This document shows, one piece after another, positions 1 to 13,224 of a DNA stretch of 64,000 nucleotides. Position numbers and translations under genes: made by a program. The stretch's first letter is position 1, and the number at the start of each line of letters is the position of its first letter. The stretch covers positions 11,346,001 to 11,410,000 of the forward strand of contig NC_088858.1 in assembly GCF_963853765.1 (NCBI RefSeq), given 5' to 3'. Source of the stretch: Magallana gigas. Its lineage: Eukaryota. The notes under the pieces are model-generated. The model was not told the origin of the DNA and did not search any database. It worked only from the letters and a program-made list of their open reading frames with translations.

Positions 1-1235
1 GATCTTAAAAGTTGCAAATCCGAGGATTACGTGTTTAAACCTTTATAGTACAAAATCAAAGGCAGTGGCGAGAGAGAATAACTTTATTCATTTAAAAATT
101 CGACCTCTTGTGTTCATGTTATGACCAAATGGCATTAGAAGCAATGTAGGTCATCGAATAGTTCAAGCTCGATCCATAGGTGTATGTGTTCTGATAGAGT
201 TGTCTATCCATTGAAAATGAGGATTACAAAGATACCCATTCCGCCCAAATCTAATCGTAAACCAATACTCCGGAATCCATCTCCGGCAACTTTTTATCCG
301 ACCGGTAAGAGTTTGGATTTTAATTGCTGTCTCTCTATTAATTTCCAAGGTGTATTGCCATGCGCAGTTTGAAATGATATAATCCAGAAGAAATTTTAAT
401 ATCGGATTAGGAACGACTTAATTCCATTAGACTTTAATCCCAATGGATTATAGTTTGTTTTTAATGTTTTAGTGATTAATTGGTTTGGGCCATTTTTCAA
501 AAATGTTTTATACATACTTTGTGCTTAGTATAAAGACTAGCTTATATTCATATATCTTAATCATCTTACGTCATATCAAATCACAGGTACGTTATTTGTC
601 CATTAAACTCATGAACTGTACTGTTTGTACGTTATTTACTTATAAGAACTCATACTTATCCCCGAGAACCCAAACAGAAAATGTGTGCTGTGTTACTCTT
701 GATTTATGTTAACAACCATATATGAAGTGTAATGCTTTTCCAGTTAGGAATAATGAAATCTTTTTAAAACATTATAAACTAAATTTCAATGGTAATCACT
801 TCATTGTCAGTTTACAACACAATTTTATTGTGTACATGATACAGCTTTCAAATAACACAAAAGTAAAATTTGTTTAAGAATTATAAAACTGTTGGAAGCA
901 TATTCATTTTTTTTTATCCATTTTATATCATTTAAACAGTATAGTTTAAAGAAATAATTGACTTTACAGCTCATGTGATGACAAGAACATATATTTTACT
1001 TATACCCTGATAACAAATCATTTGAAATTCGTTTCCTTTTTATATGCATGTCTATAATGCGTATATTTACATAAAGTTTTCCCCTACATACTTTTACTAG
1101 TATATATATTTGAAAACAGTAACCGTGTTTACTTCCATGCATACTTATTTACCTTTTGCAAAACAGACGAACTTTTTGTGTGTTTATAAATCTATCAACC
1201 CTATGAATATCATACAAATAACAATAAATTACATA

Positions 1236-1488
1236 TAGAACCATTTTAACAAGGCCTTGGACTTTCAGTACGATGTAACTATCTATTTCTTGCGTCAAAA
1301 CAAGTTAAAATGACGCTGGTTTTAAGCGAAATATACACCGATTGCGTAGTCTTCGCTCAAAAGCCAGACAAATCTTGTTGATTTCAAAGAGCCATGGTTG
1401 AGTGGCCAGCAATGACATAGACAGGCCTACGTCATAGTGATGTTTGACATAACTACCCAAAGTCCAAGCTCTTGTTAAAATGGTTCTA
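1236..1488. mobile_element. ~250-bp TA-flanked MITE, copy 1 of 3
   Basis: Terminal inverted repeats TA-GAACCATTTTAACAAG..TTGGACTTT / AAAGTCCAAGCTCTTGTTAAAATGGTTC-TA. Near-identical copies at 16064-16315 and 32963-33217. Confidence 0.9.
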
Positions 1489-1512
1489 AATTTCGTTTTG
1501 TAAAAATTTCAG

Positions 1513-2960
1513 ATGGCGGAGAGGGTAATAAAGAGGGTAAGCTTCACGTGTATTATACTCTCGAGTGATTCCACTGTATCATTTATGTATTCAAAACTTT
1601 GCACATTGCTATCAACAAATGGTTGAATCTACTAATTCACTGGTTTTGAATTTTACTCGGCAATCTCACGAGGCTCTTAACTCGCTTAATTTCTGTTTTA
1701 TTCTTCTCTTATCAAATAAACTTTTTTATCAAAGACCCATTTATTATTCCGCCTGGATGTAAACTCCTTTTGAATCAAACAGTCAAGAATGTTTTTATTA
1801 CGACTTCGGTGTTTCAGATTTGCCATATATTTTTCTATAGATACTGCTCCCAAAGGAAAATGTTATCGTAAAACTCTGCAGAGAAATGAGAGAACCCGTC
1901 TCTTAATGCGCTACCATTGTTTAATCACCTATTGTTAAACTGTAAAAAGCTTGCAGGCATAAAACACATACATTTCGGGTCAAGCGATACACCGGCGAGT
2001 AATCAGTTTATGTTATAATTCTCCAGATTGAACAAATGTTGAACTGTATTACACCCCATTGCGCTAGACGACGTTACTAAGGTCTTTCCCTTGTTCATTC
2101 TGGCTTTGATACCGCTGTCGGGAACTTGTCGGGTAAGGTTATGCTGTTAAATCTGCTGGTTTCCTCCATGCTTTTTTAATTGATCAATTAAATATTAATT
2201 CCAGACAGGACCATAGTGAGAAGGTGAACTGTCTATTTATTGCAGATACCGATATTTGTTATGTGTAAAACTGAACAAAAAAGTTTTTGGAGAAAACTCA
2301 ATATAATTGAAAAATAATCCTCTTCATGGCAAAATGATTTTAAATTGTAGAATTTTTTATACTTAGAAGGAAGCATATAATTGAGTGTGTAACTTGTTTA
2401 ATCAGCGCCATTTTGCAATTTTTACAGTCCTTTTTGTTATTGAGCATATAAAGAACAAAGAATTAAACATTTTTATGATACCCCTTTGCACTTTAGAAAC
2501 AGACGTGTGCAATAGAACAGCATAAATTATACATACCGTCATATCGATTGCCCTGTTTTTTTAATCTCCAGTAAAAAGTGAACAAATCAGTTTGTAATCG
2601 CAGGTGGGCAATAGATCACCGGTCTGCCGCCACGGACATATAGCGGTACCGACTTGGGGGGAAATCTACGGTTATTGTAGAACAAAAGGCCTAATAACTC
2701 GTGTAGAAGTGTAGAAGCAACAGTACAAGGTCCCGCCTCCCACTTCGAGTGAAGAACCTATGTAAAAGTATACTTTTTTTCTTCGTCCAGTTGATAGAGG
2801 ACCGGTAGTAGAACAGCGACCGAAGACACCGGCACAAGAGCTTCACTGGATCTGTTGGCCCGAACCAGAGGAGCCTAAGGACCTACCCAAGAGACCCAAC
2901 ACTGTACTGGGCATTCGCGCATCGGACGGCAAAGACGGCTGCGACCCCTGTTTGTTACAG
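1513..2960 (+). CDS. Probable upstream coding exons (1513-1536 DGGEGNKE; 2791-2960 VDRGPVVEQRPKTPAQELHWICWPEPEEPKDLPKRPNTVLGIRASDGKDGCDPCLLQ), likely the same gene as 7223-8090
   Basis: tttcag/GTAAGC and cttcgtccag/GTAAGC boundaries. The 170-nt exon is GC-richer than its flanks and has one open frame. It ends in phase 0 while exon 7223 needs phase 1, so the linkage is unresolved. Confidence 0.5.
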
Positions 2961-3858
2961 GTAAGCCTTTCTTAGGGACACCGCAAAGTCACTTGTTGAT
3001 CAATATTTGGAAACAACTTTACAACTTGACAATTGCTTGTATGTTAACTGTCTTGGTCTTTGCAAGAATCTGTGAAAATGATAATGGAAGGTTGTTTGGT
3101 TTTTTTCTTTTCATGAATATGTTTGCGCTTTTCGTAGACCAAATTGTTTTGCACCTTTCAATATTACAGTATAAAAACAAGACAAGAGCAATTTCACAAC
3201 TTGAACTGCATGTGCTTAGCTTTTTGTTAAAGATATGGAGGACGAGTCGTTACAGTCAAGCTATCGAAATAATTGTGTCTTGATGTTGCATAATATTATG
3301 CAATTTTGGTAAATTTTATTTATGCTTTTAAAAACCCTCTTTAAAAAAGATTTGTCTGTAACATTATCTTGTCGTCAGTCCATTCTTATTCTGCTTTCTG
3401 ACAACAAAAACTATCATGCTAATATGCTGCAGACAATCTCAAAGATAGAGCAGCTAAAAAGGGACATATATCCAATCAATTGCAAATGATTTGATATATC
3501 TGTGTCTTGTAACCTTATGCCGAGCATTAGCGTGATTGCGTGCCACCGTCTTCGCCGAAATAATGCTCCATCGCCGGGCCATATTGTTTCATGATATCAA
3601 TATTAATAGCAGAATTTGAATAGTTACTAAGGAAAAGGACTGGCACCGCGGACGTCACACATGCAATATAAAAAAGAAGTCGTATAAAACTGTTCAAAAC
3701 TTCAGTTTCCAATCGATTTTTTTAAACAGTAGAATTTTAGATACACGGTCACTAACTTTCTACATGTAATGATTTTTTTGTTTTATTTTTGGGTGCATTT
3801 CCATGTTCATGTATACTTATTCAAACAATTACTAGTAGTTGTTGAATATGATAAAAAT

Positions 3859-3995
3859 NNNNNNNNNNNNNNNNNNNNNNNNNNNNNNNNNNNNNNNNNN
3901 NNNNNNNNNNNNNNNNNNNNNNNNNNNNNNNNNNNNNNNNNNNNNNNNNNNNNNNNNNNNNNNNNNNNNNNNNNNNNNNNNNNNNNNNNNNNNNN
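3859..3995. other. Assembly gap (137 N)
   Basis: Run of n in the sequence. Confidence 1.
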
Positions 3996-6900
3996 GTGTT
4001 CTTACCCTTTGTTGAGAAAGTGCGGGTTGTATGGAGAGAGGCACCGGATGTTCGGGTCTTCTTTGTGACGTTCCAAACAAAATCATCTTTCATTTTCTTT
4101 TGCACATGTTTTTGCGAAAATATCTTTTAAAAACCAAAAAAACAAGACCAGTGTTGTAAATTTCCAGTCTTTGAGTTATACCATGCAGCTCTTTACATCA
4201 TAAACCTCAACACACAACGTCTTGAGATTTTTTGGCAGAATATCTCAATACGAATATTATTAATAGTGTATCTTATAGATCAGATCCATGCGGCATTTAA
4301 AGACACTGCCTCCTGCTAGACCTGTTTCAGGCCTATACGTGGAAGCAAATCAAATCATAATATTAATGGCCATTGTTTTAGGCGATGACGATGGGAAAAT
4401 AGATACTTGGAGATCTTGGGTACATTGCATAAGAATTTGATAGAACGACGAGATTTTAAAATCCCGTTCGTTTGATGGCCTATCGGTAACTCCGATAGGG
4501 TGTTGACCAGAATTTAAATCAAACCATCTCCAAATGTCTTCAAGATCAACACAACTGGTATTATGATTTTTAAATTCAAGATAATGTTATTTGACAGATC
4601 CATTATTCTTAATCTGGGCCTGTTGAATTGATTGACGTATAATTTAGACGTTGTAATTCATACGTTTTAGCAGCGAGTGCCACTGACACGTTTAAGACGC
4701 GTCGAATTTATTTTCATTTAAGTGAAAGTGCCAAGATAGTATTTTCAAGTACTGATTATTATTAAGGATTTCTTACCTTTAAGTGATTTTTAGCGTCGTG
4801 TGCCCTAACAGTGCCATCTGATTTTATGAGAGCTGTTGCTTTGAGCATTTAGCGTTTAACTAATGTTTGTTCATACGAGAGATTCAAATGGTGACTTGAG
4901 GAGGATTCGAATAGTATTACAATTAAATCAAGTTTTGAATGACAATAGAGAACCTTGTTTGTATAGACGGATATCACCACATAACTTTATCCTGTAATGG
5001 TTTGGTATTGGTTTAGAATTTAACGACTGTTCAATATTGAACCTTGAAATGACACGGGTAAAGTTGAATTTATATGTAGTTCTGGTACAAGTTTACTTTA
5101 AAATTAGAAGTATTTTGTTAAGATCTTTTGCGTAAAAAAATTCTTTATGGTGTGTCCATTAAAGCTTTAAGTATTTTTATAACTTAAGATTAAAACTATC
5201 GTGAAAATCATTTTTGTTCATGAAAGGTTTCGAAGGTTAATACTTCTACTCAACAATAACAAATTTCCCTTTACTCAAGAAAGACTGAAAGACTCTGACT
5301 TAGTTTCATTTCTCTTGAGGGTTTTATTTTTGTAGTAAAAATAAAGATAGATCGAGGCAATGCGTGGATAATTAGGGCAAGGAAAGAGCACCGGAAGTCG
5401 AATAGTTGCTCATTCAAATCTCCATAGGAATGAAATTACTCCAAGTTGGGTTGTGTATTTGGTATCATGACAATGAACTGTTGTGTTTAAAAGGCCGTCT
5501 AGTCTTTATCGCTCTCATTGTCATGTAGACCATGTTCGCCAAGTCCGCCATTGTTTAATAGCGACACAGACATACATGTTTCTTAAGGAGGTCGATTTTT
5601 TAAAGTGCGCATTTCAGCAGTGTTTTATAAAAGTGATGAATAGATAATAACATACAAAGGCACTCGAAGGGGATTGAATAGCTGGCCTTTGGTTAATCAT
5701 TTATTTTGTTGAATTGCTTTCATTTTCTTTTGTGTATTTTCTCATCTAGAGCGAAAAAAGAACATTTTTTTTTCTTTTTCTTGTCCCGTTTTTGGGATAT
5801 ACTCATTAAACATCTGTCGTTTTGCTGATTTGGTAAATTACGGCTACCCGTCTAGTACATACGCGGGTAAATAAAGGAAATAACACAATATGAAAATTAG
5901 CTGCATTGGCAAAACCCAGTAGATATATTAAGTTTCTGGTTTTGGTTTACATTTATTTTAGTGAGCATTCGATACAAATTATTGGATTACAAGATGGACA
6001 GGTACACTATATATCAACTGGTAGGTGATTACTAAATTGATGGCTTTTTCTGCAGAGATAGTTTGTGACTATGCCAAAGAGCTATTAGTTTATTATTGCC
6101 AGAAAGCATTTATTTGTGTGAACGCGTCAGTAGATTTACCATAATCAGCAGTTTTAGGGGGTTTTTTTGCAAGGAGATCTATAATTTTATATTACTGTTG
6201 ACTTTTTCATGGTTGGGGACAAATCGGTGTATAAAAAGGATACAGTGCTTGGCAAAGAGTAAATTACGCTATGTCAACCAAAATCTGGCATTCTCAATAG
6301 AGTAATAAACGAATGTTTAAAGCTATCATAAAATTGAAATTGACAGGGCTATTATGTAATACAGAGCAATACTAAACACCTTTTCAAAACGATAAAAAGA
6401 TAATACAACCACAATACAAAAGGAATGTCATCGATAACACATTTATGATTGCTTCTCGTTAACCTTCGTTTTAACAAAATCCAGAGAACACACGATAGAA
6501 TTATGTAATAAATTTTTGGACAATGTCATTCTAAAGTGTCTGGTTCTCGGCATGTAAAACTCTATTACAAAAAAGCAATACTGCATTCACGTGGAGTGTT
6601 TGAGTAGATACTTTAGCAATGTACAAATAGACAAACTCAGTTCCTATAAATTTCTCTCACGATTTTCGTTTTTTGACGTCTGTCACGTAGAAGAAACCGT
6701 TCGTTTTAGAATTACAGTGTACGACTCGCCATGGACTGGTTCCTCGGTGATGATGACGATGATTTTGGTAAGAAGTCCTTTTACTTTAACCATTTTTTCT
6801 TTCCAGGAATCAAATCGAGGAGCCCCTTTGACTTTTGTGCCAGAACTACATTCGTGGGTGAACGCCACCACAGAATACGGTATGGTAGTACAATATGTTT

Positions 6901-7222
6901 ACCCCCACCCTCCGCCAGATTTTGGAGCTCTTTTAGTTTAATCCAATCAAAACTTACTTTATCACGTTGTTGTAGTTTCTTATCTGTCGTGTTGCTTGCT
7001 AAATAAATTGTGGGTAATTTAATTGGAAAAGTACATGAGTGTAAGGATGACGTGTTTCCTTTTAAAAGTTTAAAAGTGTGAAAGTTTTAATATTACAAGA
7101 ATTCTGCCATAAAAGAACCATTAATCAATGTCCTTCCCATGCAATAATGCACACAAAAAAACAAAAAAAAAAACCTTGAGTGACGGTTTAAATTTTTTCA
7201 ATTTTTCTCTGTCATTTTGCAG

Positions 7223-8090
7223 ACAGAGAAGCGGTTGCTAAGATAATGGCCATGTCTGGATCACTCGCCCCTCCACTGCCCGCAGAGGCCCTCAGACCAC
7301 AGCGACAAGCCACTTTCACTTTTGGCAGTAATCGCAGAAACATGTACAGAACGGCGCCCGACCCCCGGGGTTTTTACGCTCAGTCCTGGATGCCCTACTA
7401 CGAGGATAGGAACGCTTCAGAGGACAGACGCATCAGAGAAATGGACAGACGTCTGGCTGTGTAGGAACAAGATTCGTCTCTTGTTTAAATATTCAAATTG
7501 TAACTCAAAAACTCGCTGATGCGAATGAAAAGATATTAACAGATATGAAAGTATGTCTCTTATCAGACCTTTTATTTCATGATATGTGTTTGTTTTTTCT
7601 TGCAGAAGTGATTCATTACCCCAATTACCAGTGTTACAGCGTAGTAATACATTCACAGATATGCGCCCAATGCAGAGACGTACGATACGATACCCCAAAT
7701 CCGAGGAGTATGTTCATGACCATAGTATGTTTATGGTAAGTAGTGTATATCTACAGCTACGAATCATTGTATAATCTGACGTCAAAGTCATAATTACGTG
7801 TCTGATGATCCTTTTCGATTTTCATTTTGTGCGAGGAAATTTTTCAAGAAATAATTGTTATATGATAAATGATATTCATTGAATATAGAGCAATTGACAT
7901 CATTATAAAAGCGAGTTTTTTTCTTATGAGTGTTATTTTCTTTGATCTTCAGACTACACAGCCCCTGATAAGAGGACACTTCATCATCCACCCAGACTGG
8001 GTGTCGGAGCGCTTGACGAAGAAGAGGATGAACCTAGCCAATAGGAAAGTCAGGAACGGCCTCAGATACGGGACCTCCGAGGAATACTAG
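7223..8090 (+). CDS. Uncharacterised gene, last three coding exons (7223-7460, 7606-7735, 7953-8090), ending ...PLIRGHFIIHPDWVSERLTKKRMNLANRKVRNGLRYGTSEEY*
   Basis: Each exon has a polypyrimidine-AG acceptor and a GT donor. Phases chain 1->2->0 into one open frame. AATAAA-type signals lie near 8850-8860. Family not recognised. Confidence 0.75.
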
Positions 8091-10874
8091 AAACATTCAG
8101 ACTCTTAGAGCAGTTTTAGTTATTTATTATTGTTAGAGTTAAACAAATTTTATCGGATTTTATGCACCTTTACAATCTGACTCTGTAAATCATGACAGCT
8201 AAAGCTACTGGAACCGCTTGCATCATCTGACCGGAAGTCTCCGTGTTACCATGTTAATTGCTGTGACGTCCCCATTTCTTTGACCGACATTCCTTTCGAA
8301 CTCTAAGGAGATGGGACCGTTTCCTTGGAGAATGTGTCGTTTTCTTGTTTTCATAGCATCTTATCTAAGGTGCTGGTGTTATTTAATCTAGTCTCTGGTG
8401 TGTTTTATTGAGTGAAGTAGAATACTCGCTTCCCCTCCGTCACCCCACTGTGATATTTATGACACCTGTAAGTGTGCACCCTATTACTGCTACTTCTGTC
8501 TGTCTGTCTGTATCTTAATCAGTTGATAAGGTATATCTTTTTTTAATCTTGTTGATTAACAATGGCTAAGGTTTTCTTGACAATATTACAATGTATTAAG
8601 AAACTAGTATGAATATATTGATTGCACAAGTTTAGCGTTTATTCAATTAATTTAAAATGTCCACGAATCAGTGTAATTGTTGTTTAAGTCTCTTTTTTGT
8701 ATTCTTGTATTGTTCTAACTTTGGTTTGATCACGTGGTGTATGAACCACGTGACTCGTTTACCTATATCAGTATTACTTTTGTAATTAGACGTGTGTTGG
8801 TCGCGGTAGATCTCACGTTAGCTGTGTTTTACATTTCTCAAATGCAAAATAAATCAATAAAATACGTCAATATTTACCTATAAAGTGTTGAATTATTTTT
8901 ATTTAAAAGCAGTAATTGTTTGCCTAAAGCCGGTCCATATACTATAAAATGTTCTCTTCGTTTGATTTTAAATAATAGGAACTGGTTTTAGCCTGTTTAA
9001 TGAAAGCTTTCTTTCATACTTTCAAAGCGATTTTTATAGAAGTCAGATGCTAGATAACCTCCAAATCGGGTCCGTCAGGCCTGATGCTTTTCCCAGTGAT
9101 CTTCGAGTCAAACAATTTTGGCGATATATTGTAATTATAAATTTCATGTTGTGTTTCTTTCACAAAAAAGTAACCGAGAGAAAAAGAACCTTAATTTGAT
9201 GAGTATAATCTAATTGACTCGACGTGAAGATAACACAATAGTGGATTATAAAAAATGAATACATGTATTTATGAAACCGAAAAAAGTTCAACAAACTAAC
9301 CTAAAGAATCAGAAAGGTTTCTTTCCCAAAATGTTACCTCGAAGGTCGCCTGACGCAACTTACGAAAATGTACATGCATTTAATATGTATATTACGCCCC
9401 CGTTTTCTTTGCCAAACTACGTAAGTAGTACATTGTATATCTTGCATGAAATAGCACGTTCAATTAAATTCAATAACAAAAAAAAGTTATTTAACGGTAA
9501 CTATCTCATTCTGGTCTCGATAGATTAGTGGAAGGGTGCTTATTGAGAAAAGTAACTTTTGTAGATGGTTTAAAAATAAAACAAGATGTCACTATCCATT
9601 ATTCTGGCGCTGCAAATCCTGGATACGAAAACCCTTGGAACTTGTAATACAAGGGACTTTACCTATCAAACCCTTATGCGGAATCAAATAAAAAAAAGAT
9701 TCAAACAAATCTAATTGATTTCTATTAGTATATATGCGATTTGGCCAGTAAAATATGATTTTTGGGAGTTGATTTTAATCAACTCTCCTATGCAGTTACT
9801 CTGGCAAACCGAAAGTGCCAGAGCACAGGTCATCACCGCTGACATGATTTAGTTCTTGAAAATGATCGATAAATTCGATGTAATGTATCTTGAAGCATTG
9901 GTTTTTAAGAATCTTATTTATGAATACCTTGAAAATAGTCATATGTTAAATAGTACGAACAATTTAGATATTTTTGCAGTCGTATGTATTCATACGCCAG
10001 AGTTCAATAAAGTCTCGTTCAACCATCGGCTGTCTCCGTAAATCTCCGACAAGCAGAGAGTCATTCTATTAGAGGCTGCGTCATCAAGCTATCACGTGAC
10101 CTGGTGTACAGCTCTTGCTTGTTGGAAATTAACGGAGACAGCCGAGCATCTTGTTGAACGAGGCTAGAGTTCATTATTGCTTGGATCCATACAAGTTTTT
10201 GAATATTTCGATTACTTATACATAGTTTGATGGAATCAATTCTATCTTTAATCATTACACAACACTATTCATACGGGGTTTTTATCAAAATTCTTGTCGG
10301 AAATGTCCGAGAATTCATATTATAAAAAATGTGCGTAATTCAACGACAGATTATAAACTACTTGCCAAGCAAAGTAACATATCGTTGATTTTAAAATGAA
10401 TAAAAATCGATACAATCAACTCCCGTCAGTACTTCAGTACTTTGATTAAAAGAACCTGTCTGAACCCACACAGACATTGATTTCTGAATTTATGGGGTGT
10501 TCCTAACATTGATACCATGTTGTAAAAATTAGATAAACAGAATGTAACCTCTTATTATATATATTAATTCAGTAACAACTGCATGTTTGAGATTTTTTGT
10601 GAGTGGAAAGGAGTGATCTGTATCTCCCAGCATCAAAGATTTATATACTCATATATGTACATGTTTTTAAAAGCTTTTTTTGTTACTTTGAATTGTAAAA
10701 CTAGATATTTACAATTTTATCTCCAAACACTCATCAAGAAAGATAACTCTTAATATAAATAAAAAAGAGATTCTTAGACTTTATTAAAAAGATGTGTAAA
10801 TGTAGAGATTAAGTGTACCATGGCTTACTAATATTTACAACACAAAATAATTAACAACATAACAACTAGTCTGA

Positions 10875-12658
10875 TTAAATCTTCTGGAGGACACGGTTCT
10901 GTTTGATTCGAGTCTGTCGGAGCTGTAACTGTTGCTGGAGCTGTTCTGGTAGTTCAGGGTTGGTGAAATACTCTAAAACACAAGCATCAATTTACTTTAG
11001 TAGGCTACATTTGGTGACATTACATGTAATAGCTTGATAAAAATGATAATGACCGCAACAATTTGGTGTATAAAATGTGAATACAATGTACTAGTATTGG
11101 TCTAGAGTATTGGTCAGGAACTTGTAGTATGGATTATCTATGTGAAAATCACAGTTCAATCACTAATAATGGGAGATTCTTTTTATGAATTTAACCTATA
11201 CTATGTCTCAAGTTTTTGCTTCCACCACTTTTTGCTTAATATTTCAATAATCATAAATACCTTTGTGCTCAAACTACATTCATCCACTAATGTGAAAAGT
11301 GTCCAGCTTATCTGTTTTGAAATGCCCCCTCTACTGCTTCAGGTTTCAATACACAACCCAAAATAGAAAGTCTACTGGGATTTTGAATTGCATCAGCCAT
11401 GAAATAGCCTGGATGATAATGTTGAAATATTGTGCAAGGTATTCCAAGTGAGTTTCGAATGGTGAAAAGATGTAAACATTCCCCATTGTAAATCTAAGCA
11501 AGAAATATGTTTTTGTTCCTTTGAACTTTTATGAGTGAAAAATGATAAAGTGTCAATGAAGATACCTTGGATATTTTTCCTATTATTGATTTCAACTGTA
11601 TTTCTTTAACAGGTATGTGTTTTTTGATTAAAAATCATCAAAAAGTGATGGAAGCAAAAACTCAGGACAGACTTTAGTCACCATCATACATCATATCTAA
11701 GAATTGTAATACATGTATTCACAGTTTATATTTGGACGATATCATCTGGTATTCGAAAAGGGAAACAAATAACTGATGTACAGATATAAAATTATATTAT
11801 GGTGTAGAGAACTTTTTTCCTATGGTGCATACTCTCAGGTTAAATAATTGTAAAATATTAAGCGAATAACTACCTGCAGCAAAATCTTTGATCTGTTCTG
11901 GCCGTTGACTTAAGACATCACTAAAATTATAAAACATGATATATTCAGAATTATTTTTAACAATAGTCCTTTATATATGCATCTATGACCAATACTACAC
12001 AGTGACATACAAAGAAACAATTTAAATAATTCTTTCAACCTAAAAAATTGCACATAAAATGCTTGACACTATGTTCTTTTTTTAAACATATTTAAAAGAT
12101 TTCCATTTACCCAAGAAATCCAGCAATGAGACATTCTACTTCAGGGTGGTCTCGAAGATATTTCTCATTTTCCATTCGTGTCTTTACCTGTAACACAATG
12201 TAAGAAAATTTAAATCAACTTTAAATGGCATAAAATACTTTGTGAAATATGATCGACGATAAGCGTAAAAAATTGTCATTCACTCTCATTGATTTCATTT
12301 TCGAAGTGTCGATACAAGCCAAACTAATGGAAACTTTGTTATGTACATAATTTTTATCATGTAAAATAAACGGAATAAATAAAATTCCTACTTTAATATA
12401 AATATCTTGGACAATTCAAATACTTTCGACCTATTCTGTACAATCAAAATGAAAAAAATAATATAACAGAGGATTTTCGGACTAAAGTGAATTACATTAT
12501 GGATAGCTTAAAGGAAATAAAATGTAAGACTTTGATCCTACCTTAAATTTATTGAGTTTCTCTTGTTGTTCCTGGCTTAATGCACCTAGGTTATCATCTC
12601 CTCCTAGATCGTACGGCTCCATGCCATGAGGTGGCATATGTTTAGGTTTGTCCGCCAT
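10875..12658 (-). CDS. RIIAD1: RIIa domain-containing protein 1, 112 aa, 4 exons (12658-12542, 12187-12111, 11920-11874, 10972-10875)
   Basis: Spliced product MADKPK...GALSQEQQEKLNKFKVKTRMENEKYLRDHPEVECLIAGFLGDVLSQRPEQIKDFAAEYFTNPELP... matches the RIIAD1 pattern (GALS..Q...L..FK..TR..NEKYLR.H.EV..LI.GF......RP..I..FAA.YFT.P.LP). All introns are GT-AG and the 339 nt are in frame. Confidence 0.93.
11196..11678. mobile_element. ~480-bp MITE with ~37-bp TIRs, copy 1, in RIIAD1 intron 3
   Basis: TIRs ..AGTTTTTGCTTCCACCACTTTT / AAAAGTGATGGAAGCAAAAACT... The internal sequence is colinear with the copy at 31824-32315. Confidence 0.88.
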
Positions 12659-12678
12659 CGCTAAGGAAAAATAAACAA

Positions 12679-12712
12679 CCGGAAGTACTTCTGTCATCGA
12701 CTCGACGGAAGT
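12679..12712. promoter_or_regulatory. Two ETS-type CGGAAGT motifs just upstream of the RIIAD1 start codon
   Basis: CCGGAAGT at 12679-12686 and ACGGAAGT at 12705-12712, about 20-55 nt from the ATG. Function is inferred only. Confidence 0.4.
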
Positions 12713-12904
12713 GCCCGATGAATACCGATCTACTTTTTGTCATCCTATGACTTAATGCATTTGAAACCCGTGTAAGACTAAAAAAAAAGCATTGCTCTCT
12801 CTCTCTCTCTGATAATCATTTTTTCTTTCAATTTTTTTTTTAAATGTACGTCTGCTCATGGTTGTAATTTCTTTATATTCATTATTCTCTTTTGAGAAGT
12901 GGAC

Positions 12905-13185
12905 AGGCATAGCCTATATCCATGGATTGGGGGGGGGGGGGGGGGCTGGGCTTAACCCCCCTCCCCCACTTTTTTTTGCTAAGATAGACCTAACCATTAG
13001 GCCAATAGCAGAATAGAGGGTTCAGCTCCCCCTCCCCCCACTTTTTTTTCGCAGGAAACAAAATTGTTCCGTAATGTACGTTTGAAAGATTGAGAAGTTG
13101 GAGTCAAAGGCATACTAGCCCCCCCCCCCCCCCCCCCCCCGGGATTAGGAATTTCGTTATTTTAAAAAAAAGAAAATTTGGTAGG
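12905..13185. repeat. Interspersed repeat with a poly-G tract, a poly-C tract and a duplicated CCCCCTCCCCCACTTTTTTTT motif
   Basis: G-run near 12929, C-run near 13119, and the motif repeated near 12957 and 13028. Confidence 0.6.
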
Positions 13186-13224
13186 AAAGAGTTTTTTTTA
13201 TTGGAACTATTGGTGTACTCCCCC

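Noticed and set aside
1513-1536. ATG at 1513 as the start codon (MAERVIKR)
   Set aside because: It sits directly after an acceptor, and the phase-0 reading does not join the next exons in frame. The phase-1 internal-exon reading does.
3769-4105. Three ORFs of 84-99 aa
   Set aside because: They are open only because they cross the N gap.
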